The position numbers and the translations under genes are program-made. From Entomortierella parvispora E1425 (lineage: Eukaryota > Fungi > Mortierellomycota): a stretch of 64,000 nt of DNA. Below the pieces are notes generated by a model. That model made no database searches, was not told the origin of the DNA, and worked only from the letters and a program-made list of their open reading frames with translations. How positions within the stretch are numbered: position 1 is the first letter of the stretch; the number at the start of each line of letters is the position of its first letter. Where the stretch lies: NCBI GenBank assembly GCA_020891255.1, contig BQFW01000005.1, positions 744,001 to 808,000 on the forward strand. The letters run 5' to 3'. Below, piece by piece: positions 1-13,706 of the stretch.

Positions 1-1024
1 TCGCCCCAAACCCTATAGTAGAGTTAGCATTAGGAGGTTAGTATCAACGGAGGAGGTAATAGTATCATATCAAACGAAAATATTTGTCTCGATCCTTACT
101 CTTCACTCAAACCCTCGATTGGTGCTCTGCGGGCTCTGGGCTTTACTGGGGCCTTTTCACGACGATCACGGTGTCTGTCATCAATGTCTTCGTCTTCATC
201 CTCGTCGTCGTCGATGAATCGATCCATCTCATCGTCATAGCCGCCACGATCGTCCAAGCCTTCATCGTCCTCTGGGTCGTCAAAAATCTTTTGAAGAGCA
301 TCGTGTTTCGGTCCTGACATATCTTCATCTTCATCCTCTTCTTGACGACGCTTCTTCAAACGTTTGAATTTCTAGAAGGCGTAACAGGAATGTACAGAAT
401 GAAAGACTAATTAGTTTTCTGCAGCCGACTGCACAGGCCGCACCAGTCCGCTGTTCATTGTTGATTCTTACCTCTGGACGCTGGATCTTGACACCAGTGT
501 TCTCCTCCATGAGGGCCAGATCTTCTTCATCGACGTCAGACTCTATTGATGGCAAAAGTAGTGGGGCAGGTCAGTCACCCATTATTTGCTCGATCTGGTT
601 CATTCGAGGTGGATGTCCATGATATTCACTTACCGATGGTTTCCTTTCTTCTCTTCTTCTTTTTGGATGTTCTGCGGACGATTCCTTCGTCTTCATCATC
701 TTCTTCCTCGTCATCATCAACAATGAATCCGTCTCTGACCTAGAGGCAGAGTGAAAAAAAGGTCCATCGATCGAGGACACAATACATGGTGTCAGTGAAA
801 AAGGCATAAATGCTTATTCTTGAGTTGCTGAAAACTGCACAGGCGAGCAGGTAGTCCAGGGCACTTTGATGTATCCGTCTATCACTGGAGAGAGAGGGAC
901 TTACTCTCTTGATCTCTTCCTCGTCATCCTCCTCTTCTTCTTCAGAGTCGTCGCGGTCAGAGTCGTCAAAGCCGACATCTTCACCCTCCTCATCAGAAGA
1001 GTTTCTGCGTTCGTCGTCAGACAT
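1..1024 (-). CDS. SPT6: Transcription elongation factor / histone chaperone Spt6, 5' part only (gene runs off the window start)
   Basis: ATG at 1024. GT-AG spliced exons (905-1024, 634-739 and further exons) give an acidic N-terminus with Spt6-type motifs RDGFIVDDDEEE, DVDEEDLALMEENTG and DEMDRFIDDD. Confidence 0.85.
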
Positions 1025-1563
1025 GTCGTAGGTCGTGTCCTTTGGTAAGGGATGGGGCTCGATGGAACGGAGCAAGGGAGTGAAAGCCTCGTGAGTGCTG
1101 CGCTATCCGCGAATTGGGTCGTCTGCCCTGTGGTGATGGGTTGCTTGGGATTGTCCTGTTCTCCTGCTAATGAATTCCCAGTGTTGTTTCCAGAACGAAT
1201 CGGAGTTCGTCAAAGGCGGGTTGGTCCTTGTCCTGTGGGGAGGCGATAGGAGTGGAGGTAAAGAGGGAGGCGGAGGGAGAGAAGGGAAGGGAAAGGAGAG
1301 AGGGAGGGAGAGAGGAAAGAGAGGAAAAGGAGAGGAAGATGAGCAAGAATGGCAGGCCCAACACGTTAAAACAATAGCTCGCTCAATGTGTGCAATGGAC
1401 GCTGATCAATCTTGTGGCCATCTCTGGCCACAAAGTGGGTGACGTACGAGTATCTGCTGATCGCATCTGAAACACGGCACCTTTCGTTCGTCTGTTCGTC
1501 CGTTCCACTCGACCCGCCCCTTCGCCTCTCGCCACCAAATATATTCCTCACAACCCTCATCCC

Positions 1564-3297
1564 ATGACCCGGCCTGCTGGACCACCATCCCCCGCGACCA
1601 AGGAGGCCGCATCCGACCCGGAGCAGGCACCATTGCGTGTCGCTTTCCTTCATCCTGACTTGGGCATCGGTATGTATGCTTTGTACATGTCCTCTTCCTT
1701 TTACGTCCTCGAGTTCAACCCCAGAAACTGATCCTTGTCTTGTCCTTCCATATCATATCTGCTCACTCTAGGTGGGGCAGAGAGACTAGTCGTCGACGCA
1801 GCTGTCGGTCTTCAGAACCTCGGGCACAAGGTGGTCATGTTCACCTCCCATCACGACCCCGCACATTGCTTCGAAGAAACGCGCGATGGTACGTTTAAAG
1901 GCAGGAGCGATGGAGGATCGAAACATTGAATTGGAACTCAAAAGGACCGCTTTGTCGTTTGCATCTTTTTTAGGAACATTGACTGTCCGTGTTGGAGGAA
2001 ACACCATTGTGCCTAGGACCATTATGGGACGATTTTATATTGTTTGCGCCATCCTTAGGAACTTGCATTTAGCATGGATTATCTTGATGCTTAGTGTCAA
2101 CAGCGCGCGTAACAGCAAAGATTCCTCCAACGACGAGGACCAATTCGACGTGATTTTCGTGGATCAACTCTCGGTCTCGATCCCTTTGCTCCGCTGGACC
2201 GGAGCAAAAATCTTTTTCTACTGCCACTTTCCCGACAAATTACTGACCAAGAGAGAGTCCTTCCTCAAGAAGCTCTACCGCGTGCCCGTGGATTTCATCG
2301 AAGAGCTTACCACTGGTAATGCAACATTCAAACAGGACTGGCTCTATTTCTTCAGATCCGATCTCTCATTTACTAACAAAGGTTCATTGTGGCGGTTGAA
2401 AATATAGGTATGGCGGATACGATTGTCGTCAACAGTAAATTCACGGCAAATATCTTCAAAGAGTCATTCAAAATGCTGCGCCAGGTCCCAGAAGTGCTCT
2501 ACCCCAGTATCCTGTTCGACAAATTTGACAGGACTGTAGACGAGACTTTGCCCGAGATCAAAGTGCTGGAATCCCACAAGATCACATTCCTTTCTATCAA
2601 CCGTTACGAACGCAAAAAGGATATCAATCTGGCTGTCAATGCCTTTGCGCGACTCTTGAAGGAGTCTGGTAGCCAGTCCAACAATCTGCGGCTGGTAATT
2701 GCTGGAGGATACGATACTCGGGTACCCGAGAATGTTGAGCATCACTTAGAGTTGGTTCAGCTTGCCGAAAAGCACTCGCTCAAGACTTTTACGCTGACTT
2801 CAGGACAAACGGATACGGAGGTGCCGGCGACGACACAGGTCTTGTTCTTGCAATCGATTTCGGACGCTCAAAAGCTGTATCTCCTTCAGCAAACACGGGC
2901 GATCCTTTATACCCCAACAAACGAGCATTTCGGAATTGTTCCTGTAGAGGCCATGTACATGCACTGCCCTGTCGTTGCAGTGAACTCTGGTGGACCCACA
3001 GAATCTGTCCTGGACGGCATCACTGGTTACTTGCGTGCGCCTGAGGAAAAGGTTTGGGCGGACGCGCTCGTGACTCTGACGAACAAGACGGAACGTGAAC
3101 TGAAGATGATGGGTCAAGCTGGTCATGACCGCGTCGTCAGTTTGTTTTCATTGGATGCTTTTGTCAGTCAACTGAACGGAATCTTGATGCGACTCCAAAA
3201 TAGCTCTAAGGAGCCCCAGGGGCCTCTTGACAAACTGAGACCCGTTATCCTCTTTTCAGTGATTGCGGTATTCCTCTCTATCTTGTTCTACCGTTGA
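1564..3297 (+). CDS. ALG2: Alpha-1,3/1,6-mannosyltransferase Alg2 (GT4), spliced
   Basis: Spliced [21 protein letters not shown], plus [21 protein letters not shown] and [16 protein letters not shown], and a C-terminal hydrophobic segment. Confidence 0.93.
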
Positions 3298-3377
3298 AGT
3301 TGACGTGAAATAAAACATTTTTTTTAAAAAAATCCATTTGTTACTTTAATCGGACAGTTCTGTGTTTGTTGTCAGTT

Positions 3378-4383
3378 CTACTCCTGGAGCAACATGTGCT
3401 CACACAGTTCAAGGCCGTTGCCGACGGCAGCTCCACGATCGGTCCAACCCTCAAAGGATTTGAACTCGAGTTGATCCTTTGGCCAAAGGACCACGTTTCC
3501 GTTGTCGGATTTGGCCTCTAAGGCCCGCAATTCCCTAACATCATGGCCGACCATTTCCAAAGCCTCCAAGAAGGGAATGGTCTTGTTCTTCCAAGAGCCG
3601 CCAGCGTATTTCAGCACAAACTTGGAGATGCCGATCGCACACAGGGTCTGGTTGGGGCCCGAGCTTGGGGTATACATTCTGTGTTCAATGACAAACCACT
3701 TTTGGTTCCAGGTCAAAAGTCGAGTTCGGATCTCGTATGATTGAAACAGGGTGATCTCCTTCTTGAACCACATCTGGTTGCCTCCCAACGCAAATGAGAT
3801 CTTGCGGAGCGGGTGCAAGGGCAAGACGGTGGGACCCAGCAACGATGTTGCGTACTTGACTCGAGCGTAGTCGCAGTTCTTGCCATAGGAGCTAAGAAGG
3901 AAAAACACCGGGGAAAAAAAAATATCAGATTCATGGTCGTTTGGGTTGAAGGGTGTTTGCTGATATCCAGGTCCATGGTCTTTCCGCTCTATAAAGCAAA
4001 GGTCATGCCAACGTTATCAAAAGACGAGGGGAGGATGAGATGTTGTACCTGTTTGAGAAGTGAAAGTTGAGGTCAAGGTCATCGACCCAGACACGTTCAC
4101 GGACAATGCTTGTATCCGTGGGTTTGATCCTGAATCCTTGACGATGGCGCAACGAGTACAATTGCACAGCGGCGATACGAAGACCCATCTTGATATGGAA
4201 GACGCCAGGAAGGGACTTGAAGTTGAGCAAAAAGACGAGCAAGATCAATCGACGGACGTGCTTTCGAACCATGGCCTGATGGGGCCGAACGTGTTGAAAG
4301 TAGAATGAGATCAAGTTGGCAGCGTACTGCAAGACGGGTGGGGGCATCTTGAGCAAGATCTGGTTCATGGTTGAAGGTGGCAT
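3378..4383 (-). CDS. Hotdog-fold thioesterase-superfamily protein (4HBT-like), 2 exons
   Basis: Splicing AG|GTAC...TTAG|C joins DDLDLNFHFSN to SSYGKNCDYAR, followed by FKKEITLFQSYEIRTRLLTWNQKWFVIEHRM, typical of fungal 4HBT-like thioesterases. The start codon is uncertain. Confidence 0.75.
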
Positions 4384-4891
4384 CCTGATGATTGTTGTCT
4401 AGCTGTAGCGAAGAGGGGTTTGAGTAACGGCGGAGAGGATTGAAGGAATGAAAGAAAGAAGGAAAGAAAGAGAACAAAAAAAAGGAGTGAGGAAAGCAAT
4501 TAAAAGAAAGTTGTGGGGTGGACGGAAGTGGAAGCAAGCCGAGCACGAGAAAAAAAAAAAGCTCTCCTTTTTGTGCTCGGCCGAGCGCAGATGGACGTTG
4601 TGGATCTGCGGTCAGACAGCAAGTGCCCTGTCCTTCGTTCTCACATGCAACTATGAACGGGGGCAAGAGGTGGACACACGGTGTAGCTCTCCTAATGGTC
4701 CGAGATGGAAGTCAATAGGTCTCCCTTGGGCATTCAAAGCTAGAGTTGCCAAGGCGGATCGTCAAGGTTGGCACAAACACTTCTCGTGCACCTAAAAAAA
4801 AAAAAAAAAAAAAACTGCAAACCTGGTTCTTTCTCTTCGTTCTTTAGGAGCCGAAAGCCGAAGTATTGGCAACCGGATCTCAACCCTTTTA

Positions 4892-5524
4892 TTATGTTAT
4901 TGTTCTATTTTCAAGTGCACGCGGTGCGCGTTGACGGTGACGATGGAGGAGATCTACAAGAAGATTACGAGGATGTTCAGAGACTGAGGTGCTCTGCTTT
5001 GAAAAGTGTACTCGCGGCTTGCTTGATCTCGATTTCTTGTCAGTTTGGCCTTGTTGTTCAGCTTCCTCGTCGACAGAAGGCACTGGCTCTGGTCGACCGC
5101 GGGGAAGGTCGCTTGTCTCGTAGAGTTCACCATTCTTCTCGAGATAATGGTGATGCGAGCTGCTATGGTGACTTTTGATGCTCCCGTGTTCCGATAATGC
5201 CAGTGAACTCTTGGAGGCGAGCGGACTCAAGGAGTAAAGACTATCCTGATTATGATGGTGTTGTGGCGCTGTAGTTTTGACAGTGCAGCTGGATGTCTTT
5301 GGCTCTGCCTTTAGAGAGATATGGCGGACGACGACAACGCGACGACTTTTCGTAGCCGAAGTCTTGGTTGACTTGACTCGGATGGATGTAGTTGAAGAAG
5401 CCATTGAGTTGTGTATGTTGTCGTCTGGAGAACTGCTTTCTAATCTGACAAGGGGAAGAGGCATGCTTTTATACGAATTGAAGGGAATATGCGGGCACTG
5501 TTCGTTTGACGATGTGCTCGCCAA
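4892..5524 (-). CDS. Hypothetical Ser/His/Lys-rich low-complexity protein
   Basis: 210-aa ORF with disordered composition and no recognisable domain; the true start is unclear. Confidence 0.4.
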   Translation of the reverse strand: MASTSSNEQCPHIPFNSYKSMPLPLVRLESSSPDDNIHNSMASSTTSIRVKSTKTSATKSRRVVVVRHISLKAEPKTSSCTVKTTAPQHHHNQDSLYSLSPLASKSSLALSEHGSIKSHHSSSHHHYLEKNGELYETSDLPRGRPEPVPSVDEEAEQQGQTDKKSRSSKPRVHFSKQSTSVSEHPRNLLVDLLHRHRQRAPRALENRTIT

Positions 5525-6987
5525 GGGACAGAGTCAATTGACCTGCGGCAGGAAATGCCACGTCAAAATTTCGGCTTTGCCCCCGCAGCAATGAGACATT
5601 TCCCAGCATTGACCTGCAGCTGGGATGGTGCGGGAACAAAGTCGAGCAGGCACTGTAGGTATTCGTGACACAGCTCCTCGTACTCTTCTGGATGGTCCCA
5701 GTGCACCAAGAGGCAGTCAACTCAGTTGCCCCTCATGCACGCTTGGGCATTGTTCGCTTTATTTGGGAAAACAAGAGATGTGGGTGAGCAGGATGCAGAG
5801 AGACAACGTTTCGAAAGCAGGTGCGCTGTTTGATCGAAAGAGAGGCGTACTCCAAGGGATTAATGGCGCCTTTTAAGCAGTTGAGCTGGAAGATCGAAGG
5901 TGAATCAACAGAGGGTCGATCATCATGTGGACCTGAGAATCGATTCGATCCTCAGTCCATCGCAACGCTTGGCTATCGGGAAGAGGAAGGATCCTCTCTA
6001 AAGGCAAACACGGGGCAAAGAGGACTTTTGGACCTCTGTGTTTGCAGTCCAATGATTGGCTGGTAAGAATAGAGGTGCCTGTGTTCATGAGGCAGTGTCA
6101 TCATCGAGGCGCACAGCCCAAAGCATGGGTTGGCCGTTCCTGTTTACGAAGGTTCACAGGGGACAGCCTGGTCCATTCACGCGATGAATATGAACAGGAA
6201 TCGAGGCTTGCTGAACGGTGAGGGCAACGATGACGGTGGACAGAGGGGGCGAAGAAAGAACAAACAGCATGGCCTGTGATCAGATTGTTGTTGCAGCGCA
6301 CAGATATTATTAGCCTTGGATGTGCCGAGGGCAGAAGAGAAAGGAGGGACGGAACAAACATCCAGTCAGGCAGGGCGTGGGGGCATGGTTTTCTTCTTCT
6401 TTTTACTCCACCTTAAAAGTGCGCCCGTTCCCTCCTCTTCTCTTCTTCTTTTCTCCTCTTCTTCTCTTTGCTTCCGCTTCCACTTCTTCCCTATCTCTCT
6501 CCACCTGTACAAAAGTCTATCCTTCCTTAATCCACAGCACCGCGCCTACTGTCTCTATTGGTATGTGTCTCACAACGCGTCTTTTGTTCCAACGTGTCAA
6601 TGGTGCCAACGGAGGAATGGAGGCATGTCGAAAGCAGGATGGACATCATGATCCAGCTGGACTGAACACGCAGTGACCCTGCAGTGACGCTTGGTCTGGC
6701 GAAGAGCAGACTGACAGACAAAAGCGCAAAAAAGAGCAAATGGACACAGCCTCCTTCCCGTGTCCATCGCCCCTGGCAGGCAGCCCCTATTGTGCTGATA
6801 TGACCTGGTCTTTGTCCCTTTCTTTTTTTTTCTTCCTTCCTTTTCTCTCTTCTTCTTCACCCCTTCTCCCACCAACCCTTCTTCCCTCTTCTTTCTTTCG
6901 CACTCACTCCTCAACTCTTCTGTTCTCAGTAGACCATCCCGACAGAATCACTCACGGGAATAGAGAGGCTCATAGGCGTACACCAAC

Positions 6988-9900
6988 ATGTCTCATTACC
7001 CACCAGGACAGGGTCCCGAGTACCCCATGCAGAACGTCAACGTTCAGTACAATCCCAACGCTAATCCTTTCGAGGACGAGCCCCATGGCCAGGACGCACC
7101 CTTGTTGCTCTCATCCGGCTACGGTAACAACAACAACGGCGGCTTTGCTCCCAGTCCTGCCATGGCACCCGGCTTTATTGCACCGTCGCCCTATACCCCC
7201 TATCAGCAACCTATCCATATGCCTTCGCCTCACATGAACCAGCAGAACCCCTTTGCCAGCACACCAGACCTGGGTCAGCAACCCGCGCCCCATGCCCACT
7301 TTGACATGTCTGCTGCTCCTGGAAGTGGTTCCCTTGGTACACCTGGTCTCGGAAACACTCTCCCGCCAGGCACACCAGACACGCGTCACTACGGTCCCGC
7401 GCCAATAGCCCAGCGTCGTCGTTTCCATACGACCAAGAAAGTCAAGCTGACGTCTGGAAACTTGGTCTTGGACTGCCCTGTGCCCTCAAAGTTCCTCGCT
7501 GGACTCAAGTACAAGGAGGGAGAAGAGTTCACCCATATGCGCTACACTGCCGCCACCTGTGACCCCAATGACTTTGCGGCCGAGAACTACACCCTGCGGC
7601 CGTTGCTGGTGGAGGACCAGCCTCGCGAGACGGAGCTGTTCATTGTCATGACCATGTACAACGTAAGTAGCGTCAACGGCGACCTTGTTATTGTTTATTT
7701 ATTTTTATTACCTCGCACGGGGGGGGGGGTGGCTCTCTCCAGAGTGCAACTGGTTTCCCATTTCCCGCGGACCGGACCCATGGAGTGAGAACCACAAATA
7801 ACAGTCGGTCGCTGTGAAATGAGGGAGGGAACAACTTTGTGTCCCTCACAAGCCCAAACCATAAAAAAGAAATCACCGCCCGGCGGGAAGAAAACGAAAA
7901 AAATTCTTTTTTTTATCTCCAGAGACCCCGTCCTTGCGTCCTTGCGGAAACAAAAGATGATGTCGTTTCTAACCCTCGTCTCCTCTCTTGCTCTCTGCTT
8001 ATGTGATCGCCCTACAGGAAGACGAGGTCCTCTTCACCCGCACCATGCACGGTGTCATGAAGAACATCCGCCACTTGACCACCCGTGATCGCTCCCGCAC
8101 CTGGGGCCCCGATGCCTGGAAGAAGGTTGTCGTTTGTATTGTCTCGGACGGTCGTTCAAAGATCAACCCAAAGACCCTCAACGTCCTTGCCGCCATGGGT
8201 GTTTACCAGGACGGAGTGGCCAAGAACATTGTCAATGACAAGGCCGTTACTGCCCACATCTACGAGGTACGTTGTCATTCCCCTCTCCTGCACACCCCTG
8301 TTGGAATCATTGGTATCATTGGACTCCGGAGCCTAATTGCAGGAACATCTTTTTTCATCAATAGTACACCACCCAAGTCAGTATCGATCCCGACATGCAG
8401 CGGTCTGGTGCTGAAAAGGGCTATGTTCCCGTCCAGATTCTGTTCTGTCTCAAGGAAAAGAACGCCAAGAAGCTCAACTCGCATCGGTAAGTCGTCACTT
8501 CTTGTCCATGTTGCCTGTCTGCGTGGTCTTGTCTTGGTGGCACAAGGAGGTCTAACGGTTGTGCTCATCTTGTTTCATATGCCCCCCCCCCATCAAACAG
8601 TTGGTTCTTCAACGCTTTCGGTCAGGTTCTGAAGCCCAACGTCTGTGTGTTGCTCGATGTCGGTACCCGTCCCGGCTCGACCTCGATTTACCATCTCTGG
8701 AAGGCCTTTGATCTCAACTCGAACGTCGGAGGCGCTTGTGGTGAAATTTGTGCCATGTTGGGTCGTGGAGGCAGTCAGCTTCTCAACCCCCTGGTCGCAT
8801 CCCAGAACTTTGAGTACAAGATGTCCAACATTCTGGATAAGCCCCTGGAGTCTGTCTTTGGATACATTTCCGTGTTGCCAGGAGCCTTCTCTGCTTACCG
8901 TTACCGCGCTCTCCAGAACGATCCCTCAGGTCAAGGTCCTCTCGAAAAGTACTTCTTGGGCGAGAAATTCCATGGAGCAGACGCAAACATTTTCACTGCC
9001 AACATGTACTTGGCCGAGGATCGTATTCTGTGCTTCGAGTTGGTTGCCAAGCGTGGTTGTGCCTGGGTCTTGCAATACGTCAAGTCCGCGTATGGTGAAA
9101 CCGATGTGCCCTCCACTGTTGCCGAGTTCATTTCTCAGCGTCGTCGTTGGTTGAACGGATCTTTCTTTGCCTCCGTGTATGCTTTGGTCCACCAGATGGA
9201 TATTTGGCGCTCTGATCACTCTACCGGCCGCAAGATGTTCTTCCATCTTGAGTTCTTTTACCAGTTTGTTTCTCTCTTCTTCTCTTGGTTCGCATTGGTA
9301 AGTGTTTATCATTTTGGACTCGAGTCGATCTGCACAATGAAAACTTGCCTTTTAACACTTTCTGACTGACTACATAGGGCAACTTCTACTTGACATTCTA
9401 CATCTTGGGTAACGGTATGATCTATATCCCCGGCACAGACGGCAATCCCCCAGAGCAAAAAAGTCCCTTCGGTGATAACGACGTCGGTCAGTGGATTTTC
9501 ACGGTGTCTCGCTACATTTATATCCTTTTGATCATTGCTCAGTTCATCATGAGTATGGGTAACCGACCCCAGGGATCCAACTGGGCCTACAAGTCATCGA
9601 TGGCGTTCTTTGCAATCTTGATGGGCTACATGCTTTTCGGAGCCGGCTACATGACTGTCGCTGGAATCAGCAATGTCCAAGAGGAAATCAGCAAGGATGC
9701 AGGATCAGGACAGTCTGCAGCTTCACTCTACTTCCAGAACGCCATGTTCCGTAACACTGTGATCTCACTGGCATCGACCTACGGATTGTACTTCTTTGCC
9801 AGTTTCCTGTTCGTCGAGCCCTGGCACATGTTCCATTCGTTCCTGCAGTACCTCTTCATGGTGCCCTCTTATGTCAACATTCTCAACGTCTACGCGTTCT

Positions 9901-10331
9901 GTAACATCCACGATATTTCTTGGGGAACCAAGGGAGACACCTCAGTGGCGACCGATCTCGGTGTGGCCAAAAAGACCGCAGACGGAGTGGAAGTTCAAGT
10001 GCCAACAGACAGCCACGATATCAACAATGCGTACGACGATGCCGTGTCTTCACTGTCGATCAAGACTGTTGAGGTGAAGCAACATCGTGATGCAAAGACC
10101 AAGCAGGAGGATTACTACCGCGAGATTCGTACCAGAGTATTGCTGTGCTGGATCATGAGTAATGCTTTGCTGGTGGCTCTGGTTACATCGACGACCTTTG
10201 GATCGTTCAAGACGACGAGTTCAGTCTACTTGGGAATCATTCTGTGGTCTGTGGCAGGTCTGGCATTCATCCGTTTCATTGGTAGTATCACCTATATGGT
10301 CTTGCGTCTCTTCAACGGCCGTATTGTCTAA
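6988..10331 (+). CDS. Chitin synthase (division 1 type, no myosin motor), 5 exons
   Basis: Motifs [59 protein letters not shown] and [10 protein letters not shown], followed by a multi-TM C-terminus. Canonical introns start at 7664, 8267, 8487 and 9298. Confidence 0.95.
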
Positions 10332-10560
10332 ACCAGTTGTATCTAAGGGAACAGGGGAACACTTTTTACATACCCATTTTCCGTATGATCTTTTTATCAT
10401 CCTCAGTTTATTTCTGCTTGTCATTCATTCAAAATACATTTCCTTGCAACATGTACATTGCTTATCTCGATCAGGATCGACACCACAGGCGATTTTCCCA
10501 GAAAACATATGCAGGGACATATTTGGGGGAGTCCAGGGAAAAAAAACTGTGGCAGAACGC

Positions 10561-13209
10561 GGCCGCCAGTCCTTCCGTTTCGTCTCAGGACGGCCCTTCA
10601 AATGTATGCTCTTTAACTCTCTTTTGGGACATGTCTCTCGTGGTCTTCTCTCCCTCTGTGCAGTATCTCTGCAGTGCTTCTGTCTCGTAGCTCCGCTTCG
10701 GACAATGGACCCACCGTACATGTACCTTGTTTTGTGTTTATTAGCGACAGCTCTTACTCTGCTGGCAGAGCAATTGGCGACGTAGCAAAGCTGCTTTGAG
10801 GAATGGTAGCCCAAAGGTTCTCCGCTCCTCCATTTGCTATGTTCGGTTTCAAGCGACAGGGTGTAAGCTCAAATTCGTTTTACGCTAACACGGCGTTCAG
10901 AAAGTCTCCTTGTGTTCCCCTCTCCTGCTCCCTTTGCTTCTTCTGCCGCTCTTGCTCTTCCTTCTCATAGCGAACCGAGGGCAGCTGCGGGAGCACATTA
11001 TCCCGGCCCCTAGCTGGCGCTCTAGGCAAGAATGTCACTTGAGGTCGATAGCGTGTCGTCTTTTCGTAGCTCTTTTGTTGGATCCATTGAGGAATGAATT
11101 TGAAGGCGATTGTCCGTATCAATCGGTCGGTCCAAGTTGCGCTCATCAACACTTTAGCTGCAACTTGGCTGTTTTGGTACTGAGCATTGGCCTTCTCAAA
11201 TCGCTGATCATAGTAACTCTGAAAGGCGGTCGTGATGCTTTCCTGAGTGTTGTCCTTGAGGTCGTAGAGGCAGTTGGCCAAGATCACGGCGTCTTTGCAT
11301 GTGTATAAAGATTTGTGTGAATAAATGCAATGTTCGGCATTGGAGTTTGTTTGGTCATGTTTTTTTTTACCTTGCATTGCATTCAAGGCTCCCTGTCCAG
11401 CACTTGGCAGCATCTGCAATGGAAGGATGATGTCAATATATGTGTATTCGGCATGGATCTCTTCAAGAGGATACTAGGGCTATACTTCCCTTGCTTACCT
11501 TGTGGCAGGCTGGTTTGTTCAAAAGAGAATATAAAGGAGGTCAGCACTTTGGATACCGTTCACGTTCAGTTTCGACATATCATTAAAGTCATTGATCGTT
11601 ACCATCGCCAATGAGGACCGAACGTTTGTAGTACCAGGTCTCAAACATCTTGTGTTCAAGGTACACCTTGGAGACCAAGTCCTCGGGGGTCGCATCAATG
11701 AGGTCCCCCATGGTCCCGCCATAGGGGCAGGGCAAGTCGTAAAAGTCCTTGATCATGGCCGCGTTCGATTCTGGGCCCCACTCCGAGTTCATGAACATCT
11801 GCTTCTTGCCTTCGGCCAAGGATTGATACTGATGACTGAACCCCCAACAAATGCGGTTCCCTGGGACGCACATTGTCCCCCACTGAACAAGATAACGCAG
11901 GCAGTCTGTAAGTTAATCCATTCCTTGAGGGCCAGTCCTTACATTGCGATACACTTACACTTTGTCCACTTCCGCTCACGACACACTGAAAGAAAGAATG
12001 ATCGCCCTTCAGTTGAGGATACTTTTCTGGGTCCACGGCGCTTGTAACCCCCACCATCGTCGTGTATCCAGCGACAAGGTCAGCGGCGTCTTCTTTCGGA
12101 AGTGTTCCCTCAGCAGCCATTTCCTTGTATGCAGCCTGTCTGACTGCACTGTAGGCACCATCAGCGCCTACCAAGATGTCTCCCATGTACGATGTTCCAT
12201 CCGAGCAGTGGATATGAACCTTGCTGTCCTCTTCCTCAACTTTGAGAACCTTCTTGCTCATGAGAATCTTCTCGGCAGGCACCTGACGCAGCATCAGTTC
12301 GTACAAGTCTGGACGAGCAAACAACTGAGAGGCGTATCCACCACTGTAAATGATGAGATAATGAGTTTTGATGACCAAGATGGAGGGAATAAGGAAGGTG
12401 CGTTAGGTGAAGAGAAGCGATAGGAATCGACTCTCGAAAAGAGGCGACATTACAGGAAGAAGTTCTCATACATTTCCACATCGTTCTTCATCTGGATGGT
12501 CGACAACTTTTCCATCTTTTCGTTGTGCAATTCAATGGCCCTGAATTCGAGCGAGATCTTTTGGAGATCCTCCAAAATACCCAGTTGCTCAAACACCGCC
12601 AGGATGGTTGGTCCAAGAACCATTGCGCTCCCTAATATCCGGCCAAAGAAGAAAAGTTCAGATCAAGGCGAGGTGCCATCGATTCTCTCCTTGGTTGGGA
12701 ATCCTTACCAAGAGGCTTGACTTTGCTGGCTCTTTCAAAGATATAGTATTCGATGCCTGCCCGCTCGAGAAGTGCACCCAACAGCAAGCCACTCAGTCCA
12801 GCACCTGCAATCAGGACTACGGGCGATGAAGTTGTTGTCTCTGACATGGATTTAGCTGAAGTTGAGGAGAGGAGGAGGGGGAAGTGTATGTTGTTGAGCA
12901 AGAAGAGAGAGAAAGGTCAAAAATGAAGTGCGATGGTCTTTGTATCTAATCCAGATGTGTTCCCACACAGACAGGGCGATTACAATCTCAGCAAGAGAGC
13001 TTTGTGTTCAAGGCCATGCACCTAAACGTCCAATGGTCCAATGGTTGTCTGTCTGTTCAACCGCCCTTGCCCTCGTTACCATGCCAATTGATCGTTTGTG
13101 CTCAGAAAAGTCCCTCCCATCTCTTTTACGGTCAAACGCTGCGAAATTTGCACGCGCCAGGTCAAAGTTTCTCAAAAAAAAAAGTTGTAATATCGCCGGA
13201 CAATAGATC
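10561..13209. repeat. Left arm of ~2.6-kb inverted segmental duplication (partner 18520-21131)
   Basis: Its reverse complement aligns by eye with 18520-21131 through promoter, exons, introns and 3' flank. Homology ends at ...CCGGACAATAGATC (inner) and GGCCGCCAGTCC (outer). Confidence 0.92.
10880..12847 (-). CDS. Group A FAD-dependent monooxygenase (FAD_binding_3-type), paralogue A
   Basis: GAGLSG Rossmann motif, ADGAYS and spliced GD-ACHK-MLPSAGQGALNAMQ-DAVILANCLYDL; C-terminal YRPQVTFLP. Appears intact. Confidence 0.9.
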
Positions 13210-13525
13210 CGAAGATCCAAACGAGACACGAATCCAAAGTCGCGCTCTGTGGCTGCAATGACGCGGGATGATTGGATCTCACGCGGGGAGGGATTGGAGT
13301 TGGAACTGGTTGGAATGTTGGTGAGCGGCGAGCGGGGATGCTTCTCAACGGACAAAACAAACCGTTTTTTATTTTCCCTGGATCAATGACGGCAAAACAT
13401 GGACAAACAACGGAATCCGGAATGTGCAGGTATCATTAAGTTCTTGCCTGGGTGTCATTCAATTTGTGCTGTGTCAAGCGAGCACCCTCATTGTTTGTAG
13501 ATCCATTCGTCGGACGCGACTCTGA

Positions 13526-13532
13526 TATAAAA
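13526..13532 (+). promoter_or_regulatory. Candidate TATA box of the secreted-protein gene
   Basis: TATAAAA about 180 nt upstream of the ATG at 13707. Confidence 0.4.
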
Positions 13533-13706
13533 GGATCGAGTCGCTTGCCATTTCTATTCTTTATCTCATCTCAACACATCAACGTCTTCAAGGAGAATCG
13601 CCACAAGCCAACAGCAATATCAACAGCTTTCATCCCAAAAAAAAAAAAAAAAAAAAAGGTCACCACAGCTTCCAAAGCCAAACAACAGGAAAAGAACATC
13701 TCTACA

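Noticed and set aside
10425-10814. ORFs in the duplicated 3' flank (10425..10814 - and 20788..21153 +)
   Set aside because: The two copies shift frame relative to each other mid-ORF, so the frame is not conserved; likely non-coding.
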